Below are positions 19,719 through 30,358 of a stretch of 64,000 nucleotides of DNA, one piece after another. Source of the DNA: a candidate division FCPU426 bacterium (GTDB lineage: Bacteria; Oederibacteriota; Muellerivitia; Muellerivitales; Muellerivitaceae); assembly GCA_963796105.1 (NCBI GenBank), contig CAWCKJ010000004.1, forward strand, positions 192,001 through 256,000, in the 5' to 3' direction. Each line of letters opens with the position of its first letter. The stretch's first letter is position 1. The notes beneath the pieces were generated by a model. The model worked only from the letters and a program-made list of their open reading frames with translations, was not told the origin of the DNA and did no database searches. A program made the position numbers and the translations under genes.

Positions 19719-22415
19719 CTAATTCTTATTAGAACTAAATTCCATTTTGGCCGACTTTAGCCCTTTCGCCTTTGCGGCAAGGGTAATCTTCCCCGGCTTT
19801 TCCCCAGCCCCCATATAAACCGCGCAGAGACCGTTGAAGGCCTTCCTCTTATTGGATTTGTCAGGCTCGTGGCTGGAAGGGTCTCCGTTGCCGACCCCCG
19901 CGATCCGGCCTTGCCCCCGCACCTGGAAATGAACCTCGTTGTCAGCCGTCGGGACCAATCGCCCCTTCGCGTCGAGGATTTCGACCGTCACCGGCGTTAC
20001 ATCTTCCCCATCCGCCATGAGTTCTTTGCAATAGGGGGTCAGCCTAATGGCTGCCGCGGGACCGGTGGTTTCCACCCTTGTTTCCTCGGCAAATATCCCT
20101 TTCCGGTATGCTTTCGCGGTTAATATCCCTGGCTCGTACCAGACCTTCCATTCCAAGTGCCCGTTTCGAGACATTTCCTTGATTCCCTTGGATTTGCCGT
20201 TGAGGAAAAGTTCCACTTGGTCGTGGTTCGTGTGGCACCAGACGTCAATTTGATTCCCTTCCATACCCTTCCAATTCCAATGGGGGAACAGGTGCAAGAC
20301 GGGTTTGTCCCCCCACCAGGCCCGGTAATAATGGAAGTTATCCTTGGGAAAACCGCATATATCAATTATCCCGAAATGGGAGTTGATGCAGGGCCAGCCA
20401 TAGGGGGTGGGTTCGCCCTTGTAGTCGAATCCCGTCCAAATATAAACACCGGCCATATGGGACCGGTCAGCCGCTACCCTCCAAGCGTTCTCGGCGGGCG
20501 ATGACCACTCGGTATGGTTCACATCGTAGGCGCTCACATAACCCTTTTTCCGGTCAGTTTGGTAAATCCCCCTGGTCGAGACGGTACTGGCCGTCTCGCT
20601 TCCGAACATGGGCATGCGCGGGAATTTTTTCCGGAAGGGATCATATTGTAGGATGTTGTAGTTGAAGCCTTGTACGTCTACCACGTGTGTCAACCCTTCC
20701 CCCCAGCCTCCGTTCATGGCGCAGGTGATGGGCCGGGTCTTGTCGAATTTCAGAAGGATTTTCCTCATGGCCAGGCCCATCTTCCTGCCCTCTTCCTTGC
20801 CTTGCTTCCCTTCCTCGTTGCAGAGGGACCAGGCGATGATGGAAGGGTGGTTCCGGTCCCGGAGCACCATGCTGGTGACCTGCGATAGGATTTCCGGCGA
20901 GTCCCCCAAGCGGCGGTTCTCATCCAAGACGAGCATGCCTAACCGGTCGCACTCCTCCAGAAGTTCCGGGGCAGGCGGATTATGGGAACAGCGGTAGGAA
21001 TTGGAGCCCATTTCCTTGAGCTTTTCCAGCCGGTAGGTGAAAAGCCGGTCAGGCAAGGCGACTCCCACCCCGGCGTGGTCCTGGTGATTGCAGGTTCCCT
21101 TGAGCAGGACGTGTTTTCCATTCAGGAAAAAACCCTTGTCCTTATCGAAGCGGATGGACCGCACTCCGAAGGAAGTCTCCACCCTGTCCACCAAACGGCC
21201 GTCCCTTTCCACCTTCGTCACCAACTTATATAAATAAGGATTTTCCAAAGACCAAAGAAATGGGTTGGCGATGTCTCCCTTTTGAACGATTTCCTTTCGC
21301 CCGCCTTGAGGAATTTTTACCTGGCTGTAAAGCTTGAGGACTTTATTCCCCTTAGTGTCCATGATTTCCGAGGTCAATCGAAAGGAAGAAGCGGCTTGGG
21401 CCTTATTGGTGACTGCGGTTTGAATGGAAAGATCCGCCTTGGTTCCTTTTGGTTTCGAAACCACGTAAACTCCCCAGGGTTCCACGTACAGGGGATCGGC
21501 CTTGTTAAGCCAGACATGCCGGTAGATACCCCCTCCCTCATACCACCAGCCCTCATGGCCCCGCGCGTCCACTCTTACCGCCAGGACGTTCCTTCCGCCA
21601 TACATCACCTCGTCCGTGATATCGAACCGGAAGCTGGTATAGCCGCTCCGGTGGCGTCCCAGCAGTCGGCCATTCAGCCAGACCCGGCAGTTACGGAACA
21701 CCCCGTCGAAATCAATCCAAAGGCTTCTGCCCCGGTCCTCTTCCGGGACCTCGAAAGTCTTCCGGTACCAGCCGATGTCCTTGGGGAGATAGCCATGGGC
21801 GGGGTCGTCGGTTTTCCGGTCGAATTTCCCTTCCACCACGAAATCATGGGGCAGGTGGACATTCCTCCATCCTTGGTCTTTGAAATGATAGGAAGCCGGC
21901 CCTTGCCAGGTGGCCGGAGGCACGGGAAGCTCCAAATCGGCGCCTCCAATAAAGCCGTGGCCCCAGTAGCTTTTCACCAGGACAGCCAAATGGTTGGGCC
22001 CGCCCTCTTTCCAGGCTGAGTCCAATGGAACATCAAAAGGGTCGGTCCACAACTCGTGATGCAGAAGCTCCCGGCCGTTAAGATAGATGGTGCCGTCGTT
22101 GTTGATGGAGACGAAATGAAGCGTCCGGTTGGGGCCGGGAATTTCCGGCAGGAGGGTCCGGTACCAGGCAAAACCCTTTTTTTTATCGAAGGCATCCTTC
22201 CATGGCCGGATGGTCTTCCAGTTCCGGTCCGGAAAACCCGGGGCCGCCATTTTAAGATTTTTCGGTTCTTCCTCCCCGATTAACTGGTAGCGCCAATTCC
22301 TGATGGGAATGGAATAGGGATAACCCGGCAAATCCCCCAGGTGGAACCGCCAGTCGGAATCGAACCTCAACCGTTCCCTTGCCATTGATTTTGTGGCCGC
22401 TTTTTTCCGTGTCAT
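19719..22415 (-). CDS. GH2 beta-galactosidase, no signal peptide
   Basis: LPHDF, GWYRK, FDGV, WWYEGGGIYRHV, YRCSHNPP, RDRNHPS, WSLCNEE, WTGFDYKGEPTP; start 22415 has AGAGG upstream. Confidence 0.9.
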   Translation of the reverse strand: MTRKKAATKSMARERLRFDSDWRFHLGDLPGYPYSIPIRNWRYQLIGEEEPKNLKMAAPGFPDRNWKTIRPWKDAFDKKKGFAWYRTLLPEIPGPNRTLHFVSINNDGTIYLNGRELLHHELWTDPFDVPLDSAWKEGGPNHLAVLVKSYWGHGFIGGADLELPVPPATWQGPASYHFKDQGWRNVHLPHDFVVEGKFDRKTDDPAHGYLPKDIGWYRKTFEVPEEDRGRSLWIDFDGVFRNCRVWLNGRLLGRHRSGYTSFRFDITDEVMYGGRNVLAVRVDARGHEGWWYEGGGIYRHVWLNKADPLYVEPWGVYVVSKPKGTKADLSIQTAVTNKAQAASSFRLTSEIMDTKGNKVLKLYSQVKIPQGGRKEIVQKGDIANPFLWSLENPYLYKLVTKVERDGRLVDRVETSFGVRSIRFDKDKGFFLNGKHVLLKGTCNHQDHAGVGVALPDRLFTYRLEKLKEMGSNSYRCSHNPPAPELLEECDRLGMLVLDENRRLGDSPEILSQVTSMVLRDRNHPSIIAWSLCNEEGKQGKEEGRKMGLAMRKILLKFDKTRPITCAMNGGWGEGLTHVVDVQGFNYNILQYDPFRKKFPRMPMFGSETASTVSTRGIYQTDRKKGYVSAYDVNHTEWSSPAENAWRVAADRSHMAGVYIWTGFDYKGEPTPYGWPCINSHFGIIDICGFPKDNFHYYRAWWGDKPVLHLFPHWNWKGMEGNQIDVWCHTNHDQVELFLNGKSKGIKEMSRNGHLEWKVWYEPGILTAKAYRKGIFAEETRVETTGPAAAIRLTPYCKELMADGEDVTPVTVEILDAKGRLVPTADNEVHFQVRGQGRIAGVGNGDPSSHEPDKSNKRKAFNGLCAVYMGAGEKPGKITLAAKAKGLKSAKMEFSSNKN

Positions 22416-22564
22416 AAAACCTCTAAAATTCATTAAAAGTTATCTAGAAGGATTGGTAGTTTATATAAAAGACCTGAGTTTTACCCTGACAAAAATTTCC
22501 TAAATAACTTCTATTACCTTTTAAAATACCTGTCTAGTTAACTAGAATTATTTGCTCTAAACAA

Positions 22565-22597
22565 TGAAACAACATGAAATAAGTTTCATATATTTCA
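22565..22597. promoter_or_regulatory. Operator-like array TGAAAC-4-TGAAAT-2-GTTTCA-3-ATTTCA between divergent GH2 and GH44 genes
   Basis: Central near-palindrome TGAAATAAGTTTCA with flanking half-sites. Confidence 0.55.
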
Positions 22598-22674
22598 ATT
22601 ACGCTACCCAGTTTAACTTCCCGGCATTCGAACCCATTCTCGCATTCCCATTTATAGTTTGGCCTCCTTTTGCC

Positions 22675-22683
22675 TGCTATAAT
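22675..22683 (+). promoter_or_regulatory. Extended -10 promoter element TGcTATAAT for the GH44 gene
   Basis: Perfect TGnTATAAT 32 bp upstream of the ATG, with AAGGAG RBS in between. Confidence 0.65.
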
Positions 22684-22715
22684 GCCGCTTCATCCCAACC
22701 CAAGGAGTCCTTTTC

Positions 22716-25304
22716 ATGCGTAAAATCCTTTTTTCATTCATAGCCGTCCTCATGATCCTGCCCAGTCTGGTCCGGGCGGATGAGGACATCGCCTTCTTCG
22801 GCCCCTGCTGGGCCGACGCCTCCGGCAAGGACGGCAAGGGCGGGGTCAGCATCCTTTGCGTGGGCGACCAGCACAAGTTCGTCCTGCGCCCCGATGTCGG
22901 CAAGGAAAAGATCGATCCCAAAACAATCGGGGACCATCCCGAATGGGTGATTTACGACGGGGAGGACTCCGGCAACTGCCTGTCCTTCGAGTTCGTTTCC
23001 GTCACCAGCGCCACTGACCAGTTCTGGGGTAAGCGTTGGGCGGGCGGCGGCATCGCCTTCAATAACTCCTGGGCTCCCATGGACCTCTCCCAGGCAAAGT
23101 ACATTGTGCTTTACGCCAGGTCCAACGACCCGGATATCGACATGAACCTGGCCGTGATCGGCAGCACGGATTCCTCCGCCACCGGCACCGTGAAACTTTC
23201 CGATTTCGCGGAGGGCCATAAAATCGCCGAGACCTGGACCAGGGTGGTCATTCCCTTCGCCTCGATCCCGGACCTCGCCAAGCTGGACGCCTCCCAAGTC
23301 AAGACCCTCCGTTTCGACCTGGCCGGAAGCTACCCGGACAACAAACCGGTTTACGTGCATCTGGATAAGATCTACTTCACGAACGCCCAACTCGTCACTC
23401 CAGTGGAGAACCTGGGCTGGCTGAGGGTGCCTGGCGGCGTGGAGGTGGTCTGGGACAAGTCCAACGACGAGGGCATCGAGAAATATTTGGTGACGGTGGA
23501 CGGAAAAGCGGCGGGACGGGTGGAAGGCGCCGCTAAAAGGAAGGTGAAGTTACCCCTTTCAGTCCTTCCAGGCACAGGCTCCCATGTGGTGGGTGTTGCC
23601 GCCTCCACGGGCAAACAGAATTCTTCCTATCAAACCGTAACTGTCACCGCGGCCCCCTCTGCCTCCGCGAAGGCCCAAGTGACCCTTTCCGGCGAGCTGG
23701 GCCACGCCATTTCCCCCTATATCTTCGGGTTCAATTACATGGCCCCCGGGAGCCTCAAGAAAGCCGGCGGGACCTTGAACCGGTGGGGGGGCAACGCCAC
23801 CACCAATTACAACTGGAAAGAGGATGCGGATAACCGCGGCGCCGACTGGTACTTCCTCAACACCTCCAAGGCGGATCCCGGCGCTCCCGAAAAGGACAAG
23901 CAATATTACAAATTCATCGAGGACACCTACAAGGGCGGTGCCGACCCCATCCTGACCATCCCCATCATCGGATGGGTAGCCAAGGCTCCCCCGAAAAACG
24001 GCCCTGAACTCTGCTCCTTCCCCACTGCCAAATACCCGAACCAGACCGGAAGCGACGGCCAGGGCGCGGGCAACGGCCAATTGCCCGGCAACAAACTCAT
24101 CTGGGACAACGACCCCAACTACAATTACGTCAAATCGGACCCGGCTTTCATGAAGGAATGGGTGGAGGCCTGCGTCAAGAATTTCGGCTCCGCCTCAAAG
24201 GGGGGCGTCAAGTTCTACCAGATGGACAACGAGCCGGGGTTGTGGTGCTGGAACCACCGGGATGTGAACCCCAAGGGCATCGGTTATGACGACCTAGTGG
24301 ACCTGAACGCCCAATACGCTGAGGCGGTGAAGTCCGCAGACCCCGACGCGAAAGTCATCGGATTCGTGGCCTGGGGCGCGAAGGAGTTGGCGGGATCCGC
24401 CTGGGACTACATGCCCGGAGGCGAGAAAGGTTACCAACTCGGGGAATCCGGCCTCAAGACCGAGGATCTGCGATGGACCGACCGGAAAGCACATGGGAAC
24501 GTTTCCCAGTTCGAGTATTTCCTCAGCGAGATGGCCAAGCGCTCCAAGAAAGCCGGTAAAAGGCTGATTGATTACGTGGATAACCACGGCTTCCCTGAGG
24601 TCTGGGGCAAGAACGGCAAGGGCGAGAAAGTGAACGTGCTGGGAGATTTCGCCTACGATCCGGTCTTGACCCCCAAGCAGTTCGACGCCTTGAGGATTTT
24701 CTACGACCCGACTTTCGAGAGTCCTGACAGCTGGTGCGCCCTGCCGGAATTGAAACCTTACCTTTGGGACCCCTGGGCCGGATTGATCCCTAAGATGAAG
24801 AAGATCATCGAAAAGACCTACCCAGGCACCAAACTGGCCATGACCGAGTATTACCCCTCCAGCTCGCATTACTATCACGGCGGCCTGCTGGAGGCAGTGA
24901 ACCTGGGCATCTTTATGCGGGAGGGCATGGACCTGGCTTGCGACTGGGGCAACGCCTGGGACGGCAACTATGTCTTCCTCGGACAGAAGCTCTACAGCAA
25001 CTACGACGACAAGGGTTCCAAGGTGGGGGGAAATTACGTGAATTGCACCAGCACTCATCCGGATCTTTATTCCTTCGCGGCCAAGGACAAGGCCAAAACC
25101 TATGTCATCCTGGTCAACAAGAACCACGACACCGACCTGGAGACCGTCGTGACATTGCCGGGCGCATCCACGAGTTATCACGTTTATACGCTGTCGGAGA
25201 CCCTGGGGAAGAGGTTGTTCGACTCGGGTGCCCGCGCGGCGTCAGGCGCGGAGCTGAAGATTGATGTGCCGGCCTTCTCGGCACTCTTGATCGTCGCGGA
25301 ATAA
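22716..25304 (+). CDS. Secreted GH44 endoglucanase/xyloglucanase with N-terminal CBM-like and Fn3-like domains
   Basis: Signal peptide; ISPYIFG, NRWGGNATTNYNW, MDNEPGLW..HRDV, YPGTKLAMTEY are GH44 motifs. Confidence 0.88.
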   Translation: MRKILFSFIAVLMILPSLVRADEDIAFFGPCWADASGKDGKGGVSILCVGDQHKFVLRPDVGKEKIDPKTIGDHPEWVIYDGEDSGNCLSFEFVSVTSATDQFWGKRWAGGGIAFNNSWAPMDLSQAKYIVLYARSNDPDIDMNLAVIGSTDSSATGTVKLSDFAEGHKIAETWTRVVIPFASIPDLAKLDASQVKTLRFDLAGSYPDNKPVYVHLDKIYFTNAQLVTPVENLGWLRVPGGVEVVWDKSNDEGIEKYLVTVDGKAAGRVEGAAKRKVKLPLSVLPGTGSHVVGVAASTGKQNSSYQTVTVTAAPSASAKAQVTLSGELGHAISPYIFGFNYMAPGSLKKAGGTLNRWGGNATTNYNWKEDADNRGADWYFLNTSKADPGAPEKDKQYYKFIEDTYKGGADPILTIPIIGWVAKAPPKNGPELCSFPTAKYPNQTGSDGQGAGNGQLPGNKLIWDNDPNYNYVKSDPAFMKEWVEACVKNFGSASKGGVKFYQMDNEPGLWCWNHRDVNPKGIGYDDLVDLNAQYAEAVKSADPDAKVIGFVAWGAKELAGSAWDYMPGGEKGYQLGESGLKTEDLRWTDRKAHGNVSQFEYFLSEMAKRSKKAGKRLIDYVDNHGFPEVWGKNGKGEKVNVLGDFAYDPVLTPKQFDALRIFYDPTFESPDSWCALPELKPYLWDPWAGLIPKMKKIIEKTYPGTKLAMTEYYPSSSHYYHGGLLEAVNLGIFMREGMDLACDWGNAWDGNYVFLGQKLYSNYDDKGSKVGGNYVNCTSTHPDLYSFAAKDKAKTYVILVNKNHDTDLETVVTLPGASTSYHVYTLSETLGKRLFDSGARAASGAELKIDVPAFSALLIVAE

Positions 25305-25350
25305 TCATCCCAAAGAACCGGGTTAAACCCGGCATAAAAGGGTTAGCTTC

Positions 25351-25387
25351 AAAGGGCGGTGAAAAAAATTTCTTTCACCGCCTTTTT
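25351..25387. terminator. Bidirectional intrinsic terminator
   Basis: ggcggtgaaa/tttcaccgcc stem with T-run, between convergent genes. Confidence 0.7.
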
Positions 25388-25393
25388 GAAAGT

Positions 25394-28300
25394 TTATCTC
25401 CGGATTAAGAGTTTCATGACCGAAATATTTGTTTTCCCGTTTTTTCCATCCACCACTACCAGATAATAAAGCCCATTCGCGATATTCCCAACCTTGTTCC
25501 AATCCAGTTGGACTAGATGCTGTCCTTGGGAGGTATCAAGGCCAGAATTCTCATAGACTTTCCGAAATGCCAAGGTGAAAAGTTTGACGGTGACTCGGTC
25601 GGTATTGGCTGGAACCGTGTGATAGAAAGACAATGGAACATTTCCCTCCCAGGGGTTGGGAAAAGCCAAGTTATTGTTCGGGACGGGTGTTTCCGTAACA
25701 GTGGAAGTGATAGTGGCGGTAGAGGTGGGGGTTGGCGTGGGGGTAATCGTGGGTGTGGTAGTTGGAGTCGACGTGAAAGTCTGGGTGGAAACGCCGCAGG
25801 GACATTGGCCTTTCAGGGTGCAATAGACCTTATTGGCGAAAACACTGTAGCCCGCGGCGTTGAGGTGCACCCCGTCGGAGTACCATTCAGGGTGGTTCAA
25901 GGTCGCGTCGAAAACATCAATCACGCAGACATTCATTTGCTGGGCGATTTGAAGGAGGAGGGGATCTCTTGGTTGTAGAGCGTGGCTTCCGTTATCCCCG
26001 CGAAGTCCTGGTAAACCCAAGGGGGCAGGCAGAGATAAACCGTGGGATGGCTTCCCAGGTTCTGGAAGGTCTGGATCATGGCCTCGTAATCCGGGATGAA
26101 GTCGGATTCGTACTGCCAGTTTCCGCTTTTGGTGTCGTTGGTCCCCAGGCAGATCACCACGATGTTGGGTTGGAAATTCTGGGCGTCGATAAACTGCTGT
26201 CCGTTCCAATAGGGCAAATCGCCCAATTTCAAAAGGGTAGACCCGAAATAGCCATCGTTCTGGACCTGGTAGCCAGGGCCTAATAATGCCCCCAAGTCAG
26301 CCGGATAACTTTGGGAACCGGGAGCCCCTGTCCCATACGTGATGCTGTCCCCCACGCAGGCGATCCGGATAACAGGGCTTCCCGTGGGGGTCAAGGAGGG
26401 GGTGTAGGTAACGGTAAAAGTGATGGAAGGAGTAGCTGTCAAAGTCTGCGTAAATGTGGTGGTTGGGGTATCAGTCGCGGTGCCGGTGGCGGTAACTGTG
26501 GTAGTGGCCGTAGGCGTGCCGGTGTTGATTGGGGTGGAACTCGAAGTAAGAGTTTCTGCAACCGTCAGGCTGATAGTGGCGGTAGGGGTCAGTGTCAAGG
26601 TAGGGGTGTCCGTACCAGTTGGGGTAGGGGTTAATGAGTTCGTGAAAGTGATCGACGGGGTCAAAGTAATGGTGGATGTTGCCGTCGGAGTGGTTGTTTG
26701 GGTCTGTGTGGAAGTCCCGGTGAATGTTGGGGTGATGGTCGCGGTCGATCCGGAAACGGCGCAATCCAGGTACTCGCTCCAATTTTCCGAGGTGCTGACC
26801 ATGGTGTTCAAGGTCCCGGGATAAGCCCCGAATGCGAAGTCCTGCACAAACCCGGTACCGGCTGCGCCCGGGGTGTAACTGGGTATGTCCAGTGTTGTAT
26901 CCACCTGCCAGCATAACCAGTAAGTTCCGGGATTCAGCGACAGGGATGAGGGGATACCAGAGGAAATATTCTGGGTGATCCATCCCCCGCTGGTGTTATT
27001 CACGATCGCACCGGAATCCCAAAGCAGGTTCGGGGGAGAGGAATTGTCGTAAATTCCCAAGCGGACGTGCCCGCTAGCCGCAGTGGAATAAAATTTAATG
27101 TCATTCACAACCGCGGTTTGGCTCAAAACCGCCTGGGTGCCCTTGATGGCCGCCTTCTGCGAAAAAGCCACCTTGACCACCTGACCCGGCGAGCTGTCCG
27201 TCCCGAAATAGGCGTAACCCGCGTTGTTGTCGATCACCGAGCCCTGGGCGTAAACCTCCCCATAAGGGAAGGTAAATGGCGGTACCGTTTGCGGGGCATT
27301 GTCGAAATATTGCGGATTCCCGTCGCAGACGGTCATTGCGAAACCTGGCTGGAGTTGCAGGGGAGCCCCCGCGTTTTCCGTGGGGGCCGAATCCCCGGCG
27401 TTATTTTTGACCTTGAAGACCTTCATGGGGAATACGCCGTCCGTGCCGTAGATCGTGTAACCGCTAGGAGGGTCGGCCAATCCCGAGGACAAGGCCTGTT
27501 CCAGGGCCGTGGAGCCCGTGCATCCCCCGCTTCCAGGATTGAGAAAGCCCTTGGACACCTCGGTGAAATTGGACAGGTTGATCTTGACCACGTCCGCCTG
27601 CCTGTTCGGGACATAGAGCCCGCAATAAAGGTAATGGGTCGAAGTGGTGGTGTCCACCGCCGGAAACCGGCCGTAGGCGAAAAAATCCCCCGTAGTGACC
27701 GGGTCGCTGGTGGTTAAAACGGCGTTTTCTGTTGGGGCATTGGCGCCATTCAGGGCGACCTGGACAATTTGATTTGAGGTGTAGCAGTTGAAATAAGCGT
27801 AGCCCGCGGAGGGGTCAATGGTACCGTGGACGGCCCCTCCGGTTCCCGGAAAGACGGGACTATTGAGGGTAACCCCGCCTCCCCCCACGAGCGCGGGCGG
27901 GGTCGTGTCGGGCGGCCCCCCATTGGCGGGTGAAGCCGGAAGAGACAATTTATAGACGATGGCGGGACTGGTATAGGAGATGAAATATGCGTAATGTTGG
28001 GAAGGATCCGCGTTGCTGGCGTCAATGGCCGCCCCGCCCACCGATCCAACGCTTAGCGTAGCCTCTTCAACGGGGGCAACGCCCGGTCCGCCCAGCTTGA
28101 CCTTATGGACAAGTGATCCGGATTGAAAATAAGAGTAGCCGTTGACCGAATCCATGAGAACATCCCCGAAATTCCCGCCGCTTGCCAGCGTCAGGGTGCT
28201 TTCCTCGGTCATAGCGCCTAAGTTGATTTTTGAGAAGGTTCCGTTTCTTCCCCCAAAATAGCCATATCCGTTGGCGGGATCGATTCCGCCCCCATAAAGG

Positions 28301-28476
28301 CCCTGGTAGTTGGGGTTGCTGAGGACAACATTTCCCACGCGCCTTAAGCCCTGGGTGGGATAGGCGGTGCTTCCGGCGGAGGAGATTCCCAACTGTTGGC
28401 CGTAACCGAATGGGGCGGTTTCCAATAAGAGGATCAGCGCAAAAAAGAATGTTTCGGTTAAATTCAGGGGCCGCAC
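25394..28476 (-). pseudogene. Frameshifted gene (or assembly error): beta-propeller-like region, Thr/Pro linker, SGNH esterase, T9SS-type C-terminal domain
   Basis: GDSITYG and LGTND blocks lie in ORF 25933-28476; DGVH and the FPNP...GLYY...K tail lie in ORF 25394-26209; one added base at the G4 run 25960-25963 joins them. Confidence 0.8.
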
Positions 28477-28755
28477 GGCTGAATAACAAAAAAAACTCGA
28501 AATGAAATTTTGGTTAATTCCCAGGTTTATTCTGCGGTTTTTCAGGTTAATCCCGATCAGAAAAAGAATTGGACATATTTAGATTATAACGCTCAGGGGT
28601 TTGACTTGTAGATGGCCTTGAAAAAAAGATTTTGAATCCGAAATAGGATTTATTGGCTGTTATTACTTAGAGACGCTAACAAAATTACTTCTTTAAACAG
28701 TGGGGCTTCGCACCGAAGTGAGTTGTTTTTTGGTTTAAAGTATTGAGATTTTCCC

Positions 28756-28794
28756 CACTGCGCCTTAGTGGTTCTGAAAGAACCTGTGGTGAAA
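28756..28794. repeat. Intergenic repeat arm with an internal GAA-loop hairpin
   Basis: actgcgccttagtggttctgaaagaacctgtggtgaaa closely matches 55085-55122. Confidence 0.65.
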
Positions 28795-28827
28795 TTTTTT
28801 ATTAGATGTTCTTAATATCGGGGGCGG

Positions 28828-30153
28828 TTAATTCGCCCCGGCCGGCTGGGCATCGGCGTCCCCGAAGTTCAAGGGGTTCCCCTGGCTGTCGTACAGGTCG
28901 AAGGAACCGTCCCCCAGGGTGACCATGATCTCCAGTGGCTGGCCCTGGGAAACGTCTGAAAATTTCACGCCAGTCACCTGGGACGCCAGGTAAATAGGGT
29001 TGAAAGTGGGCGGGATAGCCGCGTCAAACAGGAACGCGTCCCCTGTATCCGTCAACACCTTCACCATCCGGGTCCCGTCGGGGCTGGAATAGATGGATAC
29101 GTTGGCCGCCTGGGTCGCGGTCACCATCGTGTCCTTGGCGGAATCGCAGGGGATATATTGTCCGTCGGAATAGAAATAAAGGTCCGCCACGTGGTAGGGG
29201 TCCTGCCACCACCAATAACCGTTGTCCCAGAAGCACCAGCGGTCGTTGTCCGAGTCGTAAAACCACCAGCGGTCCTGGTAATAGCGGGTCCAAAAATAAT
29301 TGTCCCCCAGGTACCAGCCGTACCATTGGTAGCCCCAGCCGTCCACATAGTGGCAGTAATTGAAGCCGTTGCCGTTGTGCCAGTAATAATGACCGGCCCG
29401 GGTTTCCGACTGGTTCATCTGGGCCACTTGGCTCGTCATCTCGTCGCCATGGACCAGGTTCATGTGGTTGAGCACGGAGGGATCGTTGAAGTTTTTCGAC
29501 GGGATGACCGCGGCCATCAGGGGCGTTTTGTTGGGCCCTTTTTGGGGAAAACGGATGGCCGAGTGGTCCTTGTCCGCGACCATCATCTGCTGGCGGTCGG
29601 TGATGTAATGGGCCAGGCTGGTAACGCCCAGTTTCTGGAGTTTTTTTCGGACGTATCCCGCCGTGAAGGGATGGTGGTGGTGGACCACGTTGCTGGTGGG
29701 GGCCACGCTCACGAATTGGGTGGTATTAACAGCCATGTCTGGCCGGCTGTTCCAGTGGATATTGGGCTTCTGACGGATGGCCGCGCTATTAAACGTACCG
29801 GCGACACCGATCTTATGCTGGTAAACGGCCTGCTGGGCCGTCTTTGGGGCTTGTGGAGCGGGCTGGGGCGCTTGGGGGGCCTGATGGGAAACTTGGGGCG
29901 CCGGCTGGCTTGGACGGGACGGACCGCTGTTGTTCCGGAAAGCCGGTTTGCTGATGTCAATTCTCACCGGCTGGCTCACCGCCGCCGCAACCGGCGCGGG
30001 CCTGGCTGGTTTTTCCGACGCCGCCCCCACTGGCGGGCTGATGGGTTTTTCATTTCCCTGTTTTTTGAGTAAATCGTTCCGGTCGATTTGGGCGTAAAGG
30101 GTCCAGCTTTGAAGTAAAGCCGCCGCCAGGAAAATAACGAGTATTCGTTTCAT
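28828..30153 (-). CDS. Secreted hypothetical protein with a Pro/Gln/Ala-rich linker and a Trp/Tyr-rich segment
   Basis: Signal peptide; GWGYQWYGWYLG...RWWFY...RWCFWDNGYWWWQ. Confidence 0.7.
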   Translation of the reverse strand: MKRILVIFLAAALLQSWTLYAQIDRNDLLKKQGNEKPISPPVGAASEKPARPAPVAAAVSQPVRIDISKPAFRNNSGPSRPSQPAPQVSHQAPQAPQPAPQAPKTAQQAVYQHKIGVAGTFNSAAIRQKPNIHWNSRPDMAVNTTQFVSVAPTSNVVHHHHPFTAGYVRKKLQKLGVTSLAHYITDRQQMMVADKDHSAIRFPQKGPNKTPLMAAVIPSKNFNDPSVLNHMNLVHGDEMTSQVAQMNQSETRAGHYYWHNGNGFNYCHYVDGWGYQWYGWYLGDNYFWTRYYQDRWWFYDSDNDRWCFWDNGYWWWQDPYHVADLYFYSDGQYIPCDSAKDTMVTATQAANVSIYSSPDGTRMVKVLTDTGDAFLFDAAIPPTFNPIYLASQVTGVKFSDVSQGQPLEIMVTLGDGSFDLYDSQGNPLNFGDADAQPAGAN

Positions 30154-30358
30154 TTTTCGATTCCTTTCCTTCCCCTTAATTTAGTCGAATCCTCTGCCCG
30201 TTTCCAGCCGGACGTTTGCCTTTAAATCCATGGCTGAATTGAAAGACACTAACAAAAATTCTTTTACTCAAAACCCCAGAGTCTCAGCAAAGATAATCCA
30301 TTTTAATTCAATCTTTTTGGCTGGGTCTCCGTGCCTGCGGCGGATTTGGATGTTTCTC

